Source: Histomonas meleagridis 2922-C6/04-290x (Eukaryota; Protista; Parabasalia). From it: 45,098 nt of DNA. This document shows positions 11,054 through 22,429 of this stretch, in pieces. The stretch covers positions 1 through 45,098 of the forward strand of contig JAANOX010000015.1 of NCBI GenBank assembly GCA_020184695.1, given 5' to 3'. Below the pieces are notes generated by a model. It was not told the DNA's origin and searched no databases. It was given only the letters and a program-made list of their open reading frames with translations. The position numbers and the translations under genes are program-made. Numbering within the stretch: the first letter of the stretch is position 1; every line of letters begins with the position of its first letter.

Positions 11054-12870
11054 GGCTCTAATGCAAAACGCCCTTCATTTTGCGGTTTTTGAACGATAAG
11101 AAATTCGGAAAAAAATAGAAATGCCACATTAGAGCACCCCATCCACCATCCTGACGGCCGGTTTCGATCGTTATCCATTAAAAAACGAAGTTTTTAAATG
11201 GATAACGATCGAAACTGCTCGCACCTTCGGTGCTCGCATTTGATATATATTTTGACATACAAAATTTTTGACATAACGATAATATTCAAGTTATAAAATA
11301 AAATATATGCGATTTATTATAACGGTCATCGATAAAAATTTGTTTGTATTTTTTGTTTGTAAAGTAGTTAAAAAGTCGATCATTTTTTTATGATGCAATT
11401 GCAATTCGAAACCATTAAGAAAGTGTTAAAATTAAATGACAAAAGCTTCATCAAATTGGCCTCTGAGCAGGGAATCATTATTGATATCCACCAAATTCAA
11501 ATATGTCCGAAATGTCAATCGTTAATGATAGTTTATATTTCACCAAGTTACCCTGATGGTGCTGCATATAGATGCTGCTCAAGTAAATGCAGAAATTCAA
11601 AATCAATCAGATTAGATTCATGGGCATCACAATCAAAATTTTCATTAAGGGGATCTGTTCACATTTTAGCATGTTGGGTAGAATGTTTTGATATAAGAGC
11701 TACATCTAAAATTACAGGTGTATGTGAACGATCAGTAGTAATAACATGGTTTCAAACTTTTCGATTTATTGCAGAAAAAGAATATCGAAAAGATATAGCT
11801 CAAAATTAACTTGGTGATGGAATAGTCGAAATTGATGAAAATCATTTTTTCGGTGCTTAATACAACAAAGGAAGTGCATTGGAAAAAAAAATTTGGGTTT
11901 TTGGCGAAATAGACAGTAAAACAATGAAAGTTGTCGCTGAGATTTGCGAAAATAGATCGAAAAAAGTTCTCATTCCAATTATTTATTCAACAGTTAGACC
12001 TAATTCAGAAATTTGGTCTGATGAATGGTAGGCATATAATACTCTTAGTGATTTATATTATGTACACAAAACAGTAAATCACTCAGAAAATTTTGTAGAT
12101 CTGATTACTGAGGCAAATACTCAAAAAATAGAAGGTACATTGAATCTAATAAAAGGATATCTCATAAAAAATGGAAAGTGTGCCAACTGTTCCTCTTTTG
12201 TTCTCTTTTTTTGGCGGTTATTCCCACAATTTCACACTTTTTGATTGTGATGTACTGACAACCGCTCAAAAAACAATTTTTTTAAAATTCCAAAAAATCC
12301 AAAAATTAAAAGTTAAAAATTTATAATTTTTATACCAAACTATAATAAATTATGCAAGAAAACGACGTAAATGCCCTATTAACATCATATAATTATTAAT
12401 TTTGATGTAATTATTGAGCATTAAAAAAATTTTATTTCTATTTTTTTAAAATTTATATATATGATTAAATTCCCCATCTATTAAAACATATAAACTTTAA
12501 ATTTTATTATTGATTCTATGTTGATAAATATACTGACTTATTTTTTTGATTTTTTTCATGTTTCGACTTTTTGTATGATGTAAAATATTTCAAAAGTGGC
12601 ATCATTGTAATTTCAATTAGAAAACGTTTACATGGAAATAGTTGACCAAGTATGCATTCAAATACAAATATTTGTCAAAATATGTAGATTGTATTATTTA
12701 TATCATTTAGCTAGATTGATCATAATTGAAATGCTTGTTTTGATCGATCGAGCTCGCTTCAAATGTTATTTTTTAATTATCCACTATTATTTCAAAACCA
12801 TATAATCTTTTTAAACTATATGAAGAGATAATAATTGTGATTAATTTCGATATGTGTTCACGACTCATGA

Positions 12871-13958
12871 GTATTATGAATTAATTATTCATTATGTATA
12901 TTAATTATTCATGAGATATATTAATTATACATGAGATATATTAATTATTCATGATATATATTATATAATTATGATATATATTAATTATTACTGATATATA
13001 TATTAATTATTTATGATATATATTAATTATTCATAATATATATTATATATTTATGATATATATTATATAATTATGATATATATTAATTATTTATGATATA
13101 TATTAATTATTTATGATATATATTATATAATTATGATATATATTAATTATTTATGATATATATTAATTATTACTGATATATATTAATTATTACTGATATA
13201 TATATTAATTATTTATGATATATATTAATTATTTATGATATATATTATATAATTATGATATATATTATATAATTATGATATATATTAATTATTTATGATA
13301 TATATTATATAATTATGATATATATTAATTATTACTGATATATATATTATATAATTATGATATATATTAATTATTTATGATATATATTATATAATTATGA
13401 TATATATTATATAATTATGATATATATTAATTATTACTGATATATATATTATATAATTATGATATATATTAATTATTTATGATATATATTATATAATTAT
13501 GATATATATTATATAATTATGATATATATTAATTATTACTGATATATATATTATATAATTATGATATATATTAATTATTTATGATATATATTAATTATTT
13601 ATGATATATATTAATTATTTATGATATATATTAATTATTACTGATATATATATTAATTATTTATGATATATATTAATTATTTATGATATATATTAATTAT
13701 TTATAATATATATTAATTATTACTGATATATATATTAATTATTTATGATATATATTAATTATTTATAATATATATTATATGTTTATGATATATATATTAA
13801 TTATTTATGATATATATTAATTATTACTGATATATATATTAATTATTCATGATATATATTAATTATTCATTATATATATTATATAATTATGATATATATT
13901 AATTATTACTGATATATATATTAATTATTTATGATATATATTAATTATTCATTATATC
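12871..13958. repeat. AT-rich minisatellite, ~20-22-bp variant units
   Basis: Interleaved units TATTAATTATTTATGATATA, TATTATATAATTATGATATA, TATTAATTATTACTGATATA and TATTAATTATTCATGATATA. Confidence 0.95.
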
Positions 13959-13960
13959 TA

Positions 13961-15261
13961 TAGGGTGTCCAACACCAAGTGTAGCATCTCATTATACAAA
14001 TAAAATTTAAATGAACTAAAATAATGATTAGAATGTTTACTTGATATACTCTCCTTTGGTATGTATTACTTGTTCCAATCTCCTTTCCCATTCTTCAAAA
14101 ACCCGTTTTAACATATCGGTTGGTATTTGTTGTAAAATATCAGTTATACATTTTTTTACCTCCTTTCTTGATTCGTATGATTGACCTTCCATTTTATTTT
14201 TGATATAGCCAAATAGGAAGAAGTCTGATGGTGCTATATCTGGTGAATAAGGAGGATGAGGTGCTTTTTTATAACCTTTAATATTCATTATATTAGATGT
14301 GTGCTTCGATATGTGAGGACGTGCATTATCGGCATGGACGGTTAATCTTCTTCCTTCATTATCTAAATATCCCCATTTAATTTTGAAAGTTCCTTAATAA
14401 TATTATTTGCATAATACTCTGTCTTAAATGTTTCGCCTTTTGGAAGAAAGTTAATAACCTTTATTCCGCTTGGATTTCAAAAAGCCGTCAGCATACTTTT
14501 TTTATCTGTTAAAACCTTATTTGGACGTGTTTGAGGCTGACTTCCGATGGGTATCCATTGTTGAGAAGGATAATATGAATATTCAAACCAAGATTCGTCT
14601 CCTGTAACGAAATATATATTATTGTTATGTTTGGCTGAATTCAGAATCTTAATAAGTGTATTTGAAATTGTTACCCTTTGAATTTTTTGTTTTTCTGAGA
14701 GACTGTGGGGAACCCACTTTAAATGCATGCTTACATAAAAAAGCATATTTGTTAAATGATAATATACCGTACTTTTTGGAATCCCCGTAGTGTTAGCTAT
14801 ATAACGAACAGATGCAAATGGCTCTTCATCAAGTACATACAAAATTTTTTCATTAATGATTTTGTGTTCATCGAAATGTGCATTTGGAGTTTCCTTGTTA
14901 ACGGTTTTTGATGTTTTGCAATTTCTAATATATTTTGTAATTGTTGAATATGAAATACATTGATCTTGAAGAGTCAATTTCATTTCTGTATATATTGATT
15001 TTTTATTTTTCCCTTGTAAGTGTAAGAAAATCGCAATTGATTTCTGATCGGATTCCATTTTGAACTTTTTGATAATTTTAAACGTATATTTTTATCCAAT
15101 ATTATATCAAAAAAGTTCAAATACCTCATTATATCTAATTTTTTATGAAACTTCATATTTATAAAAAATAAAATGTTATATTCATATATTATTTATATAT
15201 ATTTATTAATAATTAAATATGCTCACATATGGAGATGCTACACTTGGGGTTGGACACCCTA
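13961..15261 (-). mobile_element. Mariner element 2, full length (1301 bp)
   Basis: TA TSD at 13959-13960 and 15262-15263. ~30-bp TIRs TAGGGTGTCCAACACCAAGTGTAGCATCTC and GAGATGCTACACTTGGGGTTGGACACCCTA. Confidence 0.95.
14037..15058 (-). pseudogene. Mariner DD34D transposase with few lesions
   Basis: TGDESWF, HADNARPH and YSPDIAPSDF motifs, with 34 residues between the second and third Asp. TGG>TGA at MLTAF*NP and a frameshift near 14370. Confidence 0.93.
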
Positions 15262-15263
15262 TA

Positions 15264-15863
15264 TCAATTATTCATGATATATATTAATTATTCATTATAT
15301 ATATTAATTATTTATAATATATATTGATTATTTATAATATATATTAATTATTTATGATATATATTAATTATTTATAATATATATTAATTATTTATAATAT
15401 ATATTAATTATTTATAATATATATTAATTATTTATGATATATATTAATTATTTATGATATATATTAATTATTCATGATATATATTATATAATTATGATAT
15501 ATATTAATTATTTATGATATATATTAATTATTCATGATATATATTATATAATTATGATATATATTAATTATTCATGATATATATTAATTATTCATGATAT
15601 ATATTAATCATTTATGATGATATATTAATTATTTATGATGATATATTAATTATTTATGATGATATATTAATTATTTATGATATATATTATATAATTATAA
15701 TATATATTAATTATTTATGATGATATATATTAATTATTCATGATATATATTATATAATTATGATATATATTAATTATTCATGATATATATTAATTATTCA
15801 TGATATATATTATATAATTATGATATATATTAATTATTTATAATATATATTAATTTTTTATGA
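15264..15863. repeat. Continuation of the AT-rich minisatellite after the mariner
   Basis: Same unit family and orientation as 12871-13958. Confidence 0.95.
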
Positions 15864-16618
15864 TGCTCAATAATAACATCAAAATTAATAATTATATGAA
15901 ATTAATAGTGCATTTACGTCTTTTCTTGCATAATTTATTATAGTTTGGTATAAAAATTATAAATTTTTAACTTTTAATTTTTGGATTTTTTGGAATTTTA
16001 AAAAAATTGTTTTTTGAGCGGTTGTCAGTACATCACAATCAAAAAGTGTGAAATTGTGGGAATAACCGCCAAAAAAAGAGAACAAAAGAGGAACAGTTGG
16101 CACACTCCCAAAAAATGGATTTAGAGATAGAAATTATCTCGAATCATATATCCATGAATGGTGCTTCCGATAAAATATAGGAAATATATTTGAAAAGTGC
16201 TGGAAAGCAATAATTGGTGAAATTTTTTAATAAACTAATCATAATTTAAAATATTTTTATTTGAAAAATAATTTCGCAGTGTATCAGACCCCACCACCCC
16301 CCCCCCGCCCCCTCCCCCACCGATAAGATATTTCTTCATTATTCACTTTTTGAAATGACTTTGATCTCCTTATCAAAAGTCGAATATTTTTATTGCCATT
16401 TTTTTTCCTTTCAAATTTCCTATCGTTCAAAAACCGCGAAATGGAGGGCGTTTTGCATCCTAACCGGACACCCTAATATTATTCAAAAAGTGACCGTACA
16501 AGAATTACTTTTTTTCCATTCAAATTTCCTATTATTCAAATTGTATAAAATTAAAACTTGAGTGAATACATTTTCAGTTATCGCGTTATTAAAGAGAATA
16601 TTTTTATTCATTTTAATT

Positions 16619-19510
16619 TCAGTTTTCGTCTTCTTTACTTAAGACGCATAATTTGAAATCCTTTGGCATTTCTGATACATTTCTGTTACCTATCACGACA
16701 GATACCCATTTTTTCTCATTTAATTTTTTTGCCACTTCAACAATTTCTTCTTTTTTAACTTCGAAGAATTTCTTTTTTCTATTTTGTAATATTTCATTTG
16801 TTGAACCATTAAATATTTGTGTTAGTTTTGCTTGTGGCGGAAGTGGATAGTCAAATGTTGCCAACACTTTAGTTTTTGCTCTTTCTACCATTTCATCTGT
16901 GATTTCACCATTCTCTACTTGTCTCATCGCAGCTCTAAATGCATTCAACACTGCAGTAGAATGAGTATCGCGATAACTTTCGATTCTAAATATTGCGCGT
17001 GTAGCTTCGTTAGTTACCCAACAGCCATAAGCACCGATTTTCTCACGTACCGCAACATGTAACAATTCATTTTGTAAAATGTTTGCTAATAATGAAGCAG
17101 CGCAAGATAAATTTGTTTTGTATTCAAATGATCTAATTACAGAGACACAGAAGTTAACTAATGTATCGATTTCCAAAAACACGTCTTTTTTATCTTCTTC
17201 GTTATTCTTTTGTAATAATGAATCAATTAAATTATAATTATTTATAGATTCATTATCAGTATTTACATTAAGTTCTTTAAGTATAGAAGTAACTTCCGGT
17301 ATTATTAATTCAATGTTTTCTTTTTCGGATGTAATTAAACACTTGAAATGTGACTTTAAGAATACGTCGGAATAAACTTTCTTGATTGTTGGAACTATTT
17401 CATCTTTAATTGATTTTAATCTTTCGAATGATGTTAACCCATTCCAACATTCTTCGATTACACCGATTCGGTTTAATTTCGATGAAGCTTTATAAAATGC
17501 ATAGTCACCGCCTTCTGATATTTCATCAGCAAATGATTGAAATTGTGCATTAACTAATCCATTAACATGTTCTTCGTTATCTAAATATGGTTTTGTAATT
17601 AAATCCTTAATTAATGTTAATGCTTTATCCGAATTTTGTGGTAAAAATGATGTCTTAAATGTAATGCAACATTCAATTTGATCTTGATTATTTACATTCG
17701 ATATAACTTTCGGTGTGATAATGATTCCGGATGTGTATAAGTTTTCAACGATTGCAAATTCTTTATCATCCATTCCATTGCATCCAACACTTCCAAATGC
17801 TGTTGAAAGAAATGGGATATCAAATAATGATTCATTGGTTAATGGCAATATTGCTTTAATGTTTACATGAATCAATCCATTACAAAATGTTGGATAACAC
17901 ATTATATCATTGTTAACTGTATAATAATTTAATGTCGGATGTATTGGACTGCAATCACTCAATTTAATACATGGCAATAAGTGTAATGGCTTTTCTTTAG
18001 TTACAAGTGATTTAACATGTTTATCAATTTGAATTATTTTTTGTTTTTCTTCTTTAGTAATGTTCGTATTGATGGATGAATTTAATTGCTTGTTCATGCT
18101 GTCAATAAAATCTTCTTTTGGCTCTACAACAAAATATAAAATGGATTTGTTATCTATTAAATATCGTTTGATTTGTTTTTGAATGTACTGTGGATCACTT
18201 TGAAGTCGTTGTTTCAAACGTTCAAAGATAGCAATTTGATCAATGGAATCAAATGGATTAATTCCATGTATCCAATCATCTGATAAACGTGAATTGATTC
18301 TACAGCCTTGTAAACTAGTAATAGAACGAAATCGCAGTTCATCACTATGAAGTGTTGAATCAATTTCACGTTGTTCAAAACCTATTTCCGAATATTGCTT
18401 AAGAACATTAGTAACAATAGAAAAGAATTCTTCAACATTTCCTTTCTCGATGTGATCAAGTACAATTGAAAAAGTGAGATTTGGAGTTGAATTGTCTACA
18501 TCACAACCGTCGAGTGATGCTCCGATTTGAGTTTGGATAAGTTTTTGGTAAAGTGGCGATGCAACAGACTCAGAGAGAAGTGTAACAATAAACCTGAAAT
18601 CTTCAAGTAAATCCAAATCGTCAACTGTTCCAATATGCCAAGAAATTGCTGCGCGATATTGTTCGTTAATGTTAAGCATTGCATCACTAGGTCCACTTAC
18701 AGTGATTTTACGTGGTTCATCAAAAGGTTTTTGAATGTAGCTAAATTCGGTAAATGAAAGTGGCGGAGAAATATCAATCGGCTCGAGAAAACTATTAACT
18801 CTTTCCATGATAGGAAGAATATCAAAGTTGCCATAATGGAAAATATAACAATTTGAAGGTGAGTAATACTTCTTATGCTGTCTTTTAAGTTCATCTAATG
18901 TAAGATTTGGAATGGCAAAAGGATCACCACCAAAAACATGTTTATAAGGTGTATCAGGCAGCAATGCAGCTCTGTGTTTTTCGGTAAAGTATTCTGTTGG
19001 TTGAGTTAAGCATCCACACATTTCACTATAAACTACACCTGAATGTTTTAAAGAAGCATCTTCACTATCACTTGTTGGTTCTAAGCGATGGCATTCTGTT
19101 AAAAAGTTATCTTCATTCAAATTTGGATAAAATACAGCATCCAAATAAACATCCATTATATTGTGAAAATCTTTTTCGTTTTGAGATGCAAATATATAAC
19201 AGGTAGAGTCAAGTCCTGTTAATGCATTCATGTATGTTGAAACTGATCTTTTATCAAGTTCCCCAAAAACATCTGTGATTGGGTATTTTTTACTACCATG
19301 AAGTACCATGTGTTCTAAAACATGAGTGGATCCACTGTCATCATTGCATGTTGTGCGAAATGTTATTGAAAATGTATTATTTGAATCATCAGTTTTAATT
19401 GTAAAAAATGGACAATTATGTTTTTCATGAATGTATAAATATCCTGTTCCATGGTATTGAGGTATCTCTCGTGTTTCATTTAGTCTGAAGCCATGAACCA
19501 AATCACCCAT
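16619..19510 (-). CDS. M16C (presequence protease PreP/Cym1/falcilysin-like) zinc metallopeptidase, ~963 aa
   Basis: Intact ORF with the inverted zinc motif HVLEH(MVLHGSKKYP), MNALTG, GVVYSEM and VREKIGAYG. The first ATG is at 19510 (the track starts at a GTG at 19531). Confidence 0.93.
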   Translation of the reverse strand: MGDLVHGFRLNETREIPQYHGTGYLYIHEKHNCPFFTIKTDDSNNTFSITFRTTCNDDSGSTHVLEHMVLHGSKKYPITDVFGELDKRSVSTYMNALTGLDSTCYIFASQNEKDFHNIMDVYLDAVFYPNLNEDNFLTECHRLEPTSDSEDASLKHSGVVYSEMCGCLTQPTEYFTEKHRAALLPDTPYKHVFGGDPFAIPNLTLDELKRQHKKYYSPSNCYIFHYGNFDILPIMERVNSFLEPIDISPPLSFTEFSYIQKPFDEPRKITVSGPSDAMLNINEQYRAAISWHIGTVDDLDLLEDFRFIVTLLSESVASPLYQKLIQTQIGASLDGCDVDNSTPNLTFSIVLDHIEKGNVEEFFSIVTNVLKQYSEIGFEQREIDSTLHSDELRFRSITSLQGCRINSRLSDDWIHGINPFDSIDQIAIFERLKQRLQSDPQYIQKQIKRYLIDNKSILYFVVEPKEDFIDSMNKQLNSSINTNITKEEKQKIIQIDKHVKSLVTKEKPLHLLPCIKLSDCSPIHPTLNYYTVNNDIMCYPTFCNGLIHVNIKAILPLTNESLFDIPFLSTAFGSVGCNGMDDKEFAIVENLYTSGIIITPKVISNVNNQDQIECCITFKTSFLPQNSDKALTLIKDLITKPYLDNEEHVNGLVNAQFQSFADEISEGGDYAFYKASSKLNRIGVIEECWNGLTSFERLKSIKDEIVPTIKKVYSDVFLKSHFKCLITSEKENIELIIPEVTSILKELNVNTDNESINNYNLIDSLLQKNNEEDKKDVFLEIDTLVNFCVSVIRSFEYKTNLSCAASLLANILQNELLHVAVREKIGAYGCWVTNEATRAIFRIESYRDTHSTAVLNAFRAAMRQVENGEITDEMVERAKTKVLATFDYPLPPQAKLTQIFNGSTNEILQNRKKKFFEVKKEEIVEVAKKLNEKKWVSVVIGNRNVSEMPKDFKLCVLSKEDEN

Positions 19511-19977
19511 TATTGAGGACTTTGTATACACCGACTAAATTCAATTGTTTACCTCAAGAATTTTGAACAATTCATTAAAGGAAGCATGACCTAGGTATTT
19601 TTGAATAGTTTATACATGTTTGAATAGTTTATACATTAAAAAAGCTGTGTTTCGAAATTTACTTATATTTTTTATATAATATTGTTTATAATTAAAAATT
19701 GTCGGATATTTCTCAAACCTCGTGATGGAAGGAAAAGAGGCAGAATAAGCTCATAACAACACACGCATACTACTTTACAGTGAGACTGAGCTTAATAAAT
19801 TTATGAAATAATCTTAAGATTACTTATCTCGTCCAAAAAAACGCAATATAAATAAACTCAAATCGTCAAACAATGAAATTTTGGTTGAAATTTTTATTAA
19901 ACTTTGAGAATTTTGTGACTTTTTGTTTTACCAAAAAATACCCTGCGTGTTGTACTCAAAGTTCACCCATTTTTGTA

Positions 19978-20440
19978 CGTTAAGGCACAATAACGTATTT
20001 TTTAAATCATCTTTCTCTGACAGCTCAAGATCAACCCAATATTTCAAGGTAATAATTTCCCAAACAAATCAGATTAAAATTTAAAGTGTGTTGTTCATTA
20101 AGGTTAGGTTATCTGATGATGTTAATAATAAAAAAAAAAAATTTAATCATTGCTTACATCCTTATATATTAAAGTTAAAGGCAATTTTACTTTATAAGAA
20201 ATGTGTATAAAAAGGAAAACTTGCTATTCCCAAAATTTCAGGGAAAAATAAAAAATCTCTAATTAGAAATTATATAATTTAAATTGCTTGAAAAACAATA
20301 GTTTCATGATATTCTTTTTCACCATCAATTCATCTAATCTGGCCTGTGATTGTCTCTTGATGTTCCCAAAAATTTGATTGTCCAGAACCTGCCAATCTCC
20401 TGTTTGGCCAGCCGAAACAAATGAAGGTCCTATTCCTAAA
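19978..20440 (-). mobile_element. 3' end of a pogo-like element (TIR plus DDE_1 C-terminal fragment)
   Basis: TA then TIR CGTTAAGGCACAATAACGTATTTTTT at 19978. FVSAGQTGDWQVLDNQIFGNIK on the minus strand is cut off by a Maverick terminus near 20447. Confidence 0.7.
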
Positions 20441-20446
20441 TACGCG

Positions 20447-21412
20447 CAAACACAGCACAACTACATGGGCCCTTATGAGTAAGCCTCGATCCCCTTCGTT
20501 GTAATCGTTATAAGATATACCGTTATAAAACTATATTTAATAGAGAATTAATACTTTACAAAGTGGCCGTTAATAAAAGGTTAACTGTTAAATAATACTA
20601 TATTCACATATGTAATGTGTAATGTAATGTAATAATAAACTGCTATAGAAGTGATGGTTATAAAGGAGTAGTAATGAATCACTCTAACATTACAACAATA
20701 CAATTTATTCAGAAAACACAGAATAATTTACTGTCAAAGGATTAGCTTTTTATAGTGAAGATATTGAAATATTTAGTTATTATAGAGGTTATGATTATCG
20801 AATATTACCAAAAGTTAAATATAATAAAACCTATCTTAAAACATTTAGAAGAAGTCATTTGTGATAACAATAAAATGATTTATAAATATATATTAGTTTG
20901 GATAGCATCAATCATTTAACAACCTAATTTAAAAACAGGAGTAGCAATAGTAATATTAGGAAATCAAGGAGTTGGTAAAAACACTTTCTTCACTGATGTT
21001 ATTTGTAAACTAATGGCAAGATATATAAATAAAAATATTACTAATATCGAGAGTATTGTAGGTAAATTTAATGCAGCATTAGAAAATAAGAAATTATTAG
21101 TATTAAATGAATCTCAAAACATCGATGTTAATGAGTATCTTAATTCAGATCTTCAAAATCAATTATTACAGATGATATTATAAATATTAATCAAAAGAAT
21201 GAACCTATGAGAATCGTTGAGAATGTAGCTAATTTTATAATGGTATCTAATAATGATATTCCTATTAAAATCGATTCAGGAGATAGAAGATATTTAGTAT
21301 TAAGTGCTTCTGACAAATATAAAAAAGATTTCGAATATTTCTCTGATCTATATAATACTTTTACAATAGAATTTTATGAAAACTTATTTACTTACTTTAT
21401 GAAAATGAATAC
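20447..21412 (+). mobile_element. Internally deleted Maverick derivative: divergent TIR joined to a D5 helicase mid-section
   Basis: ACACAGCACAACTACATGGGCCC... is a diverged version of the terminus. 20704-21412 is a near-identical inverse copy of 9144-9859. Confidence 0.8.
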
Positions 21413-21413
21413 A

Positions 21414-21820
21414 ACACACACACAGAACATCTACAGGCCCCCCTTACGGCTTCCCCTCAGGGACCTTCGATGTTATCGTTATAAGATATCCGTTAAATAG
21501 GATACATTTAATAGAGAATTAATACTTTACAAATGGTATATCTATACAAAAGAGTGTAATGTTAACAAATATTACTTTTAAAAAAATATCGTTTAATAGG
21601 CCTCGTAGAGGCCGTCAATGAACTGTTTATTGTTAAATAATACACTATTAACACATGTAATGTGTAATGTAATGTTATGTAAAAATAAACTGCTATAGAA
21701 AATGAATTTATAATGGAGTTCATAATGTATTACTTGTATTACAACGAAACATCATAATAAAGGATAAATATGATAAAGAAGTAATTATAATAATATAAAA
21801 ATATAATAAAGAAGTAATCA
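21414..21820 (+). repeat. Maverick TIR (left-end orientation) abutting the truncated helicase copy
   Basis: ACACACACACAGAACATCTACAGGCCCCCCTTACGGCTTCCCCTCAGGGACC..., inverse of 10718 inward. It replaces the helicase sequence right after MKMNT. Confidence 0.9.
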
Positions 21821-22429
21821 TTCAAATTTGTTCTTTAGATCCTGATCAAATACAACTATTATTATTTTTTGATCAAATAAGAATCCATAAAGAAAATACT
21901 GAATTAATTCAAGAATTATTGGATATTATTAGAAAAAGATGTTTAAAAAATATTCTTTTAGTAGATCAATCTCATATAGTTGATGATATTGTTGGTAATA
22001 TTTCATTAAAATATTGAAGTTAATGATTATTATTAATAAGATGATGCACCCTAGGTTTTGTTTGATTAAATTTATTATATATATTTTTGCCAGCGATTAT
22101 ATGGCTCTACTTTATAACTAACACGCTGTGCTATATAAACTACTCTAAATATTGTTTCAAAAAAATATATTCTAAATATGATAACAATATTTTCATTACA
22201 GAATGTTTCGTATTCATGTTACGATTATCGAGATGCACATATTTATAAAAAAAAACTCCAAACCGAAGAATCTAATTAATTTGATCGGATTGTAAATCCT
22301 TGAAAAAGTCAAAGATTCAAATTCATTTACTTTTTAATGCTATTACCCTTATTCATTAAAACTTCATCCAGCATCTTTATGAATGATTCATGCCAATTGT
22401 TATCGTAAGATTAATAAACCTATCAATCA

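Larger units (their letters stand above)
12174..16109. mobile_element. Non-autonomous long-TIR element (Merlin-type MITE-like) with minisatellite interior
   Basis: ~245-bp TIRs (12174-12421 and 15864-16109) and an 8-bp target duplication AAAAAATG at 12166-12173 and 16110-16117. Removing it restores the host transposase frame. Confidence 0.9.
11390..16230 (+). pseudogene. ISXO2/Merlin DDE transposase pseudogene split by insertion 12174-16109
   Basis: CPKC...YRCC zinc ribbon, VEIDENHF, IWSDEW, HKTVNHSENFVD and NTQKIEG motifs. The frame resumes after the insert as KN-GFRDRNYLESYIHEWCFR. Several stops. Confidence 0.9.
11054..16465 (+). mobile_element. Merlin/ISXO2-type transposon (outer element of the nest)
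   Basis: Inverted repeats 11061-11098 and 16421-16458 match at 36/38 nt, each with GG 7 nt further out. They enclose a split ISXO2-like transposase. No TSD recognised. Confidence 0.8.

Noticed and set aside
12871-15863. CRISPR-like array
   Set aside because: The units are contiguous variants of one AT-rich motif with no unique spacers, no cas genes are present, and the context is eukaryotic.
331-16109. A 15.8-kb element bounded by the TIRs at 331 and 16109
   Set aside because: The 8-bp TSD and the restored transposase frame pair 16109 with 12174; the flank at 323-330 (CTCAAATT) does not match.
16653-19206. Small ORFs overlapping the peptidase gene (16653, 16832, 18496, 18697, 18997)
   Set aside because: They are antisense or off-frame shadows of a long conserved CDS and have no motifs.
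19511-19531. GTG start for the peptidase, and other TTG/GTG starts in the ORF track
   Set aside because: The context is eukaryotic, and the ATG at 19510 matches the expected domain start.
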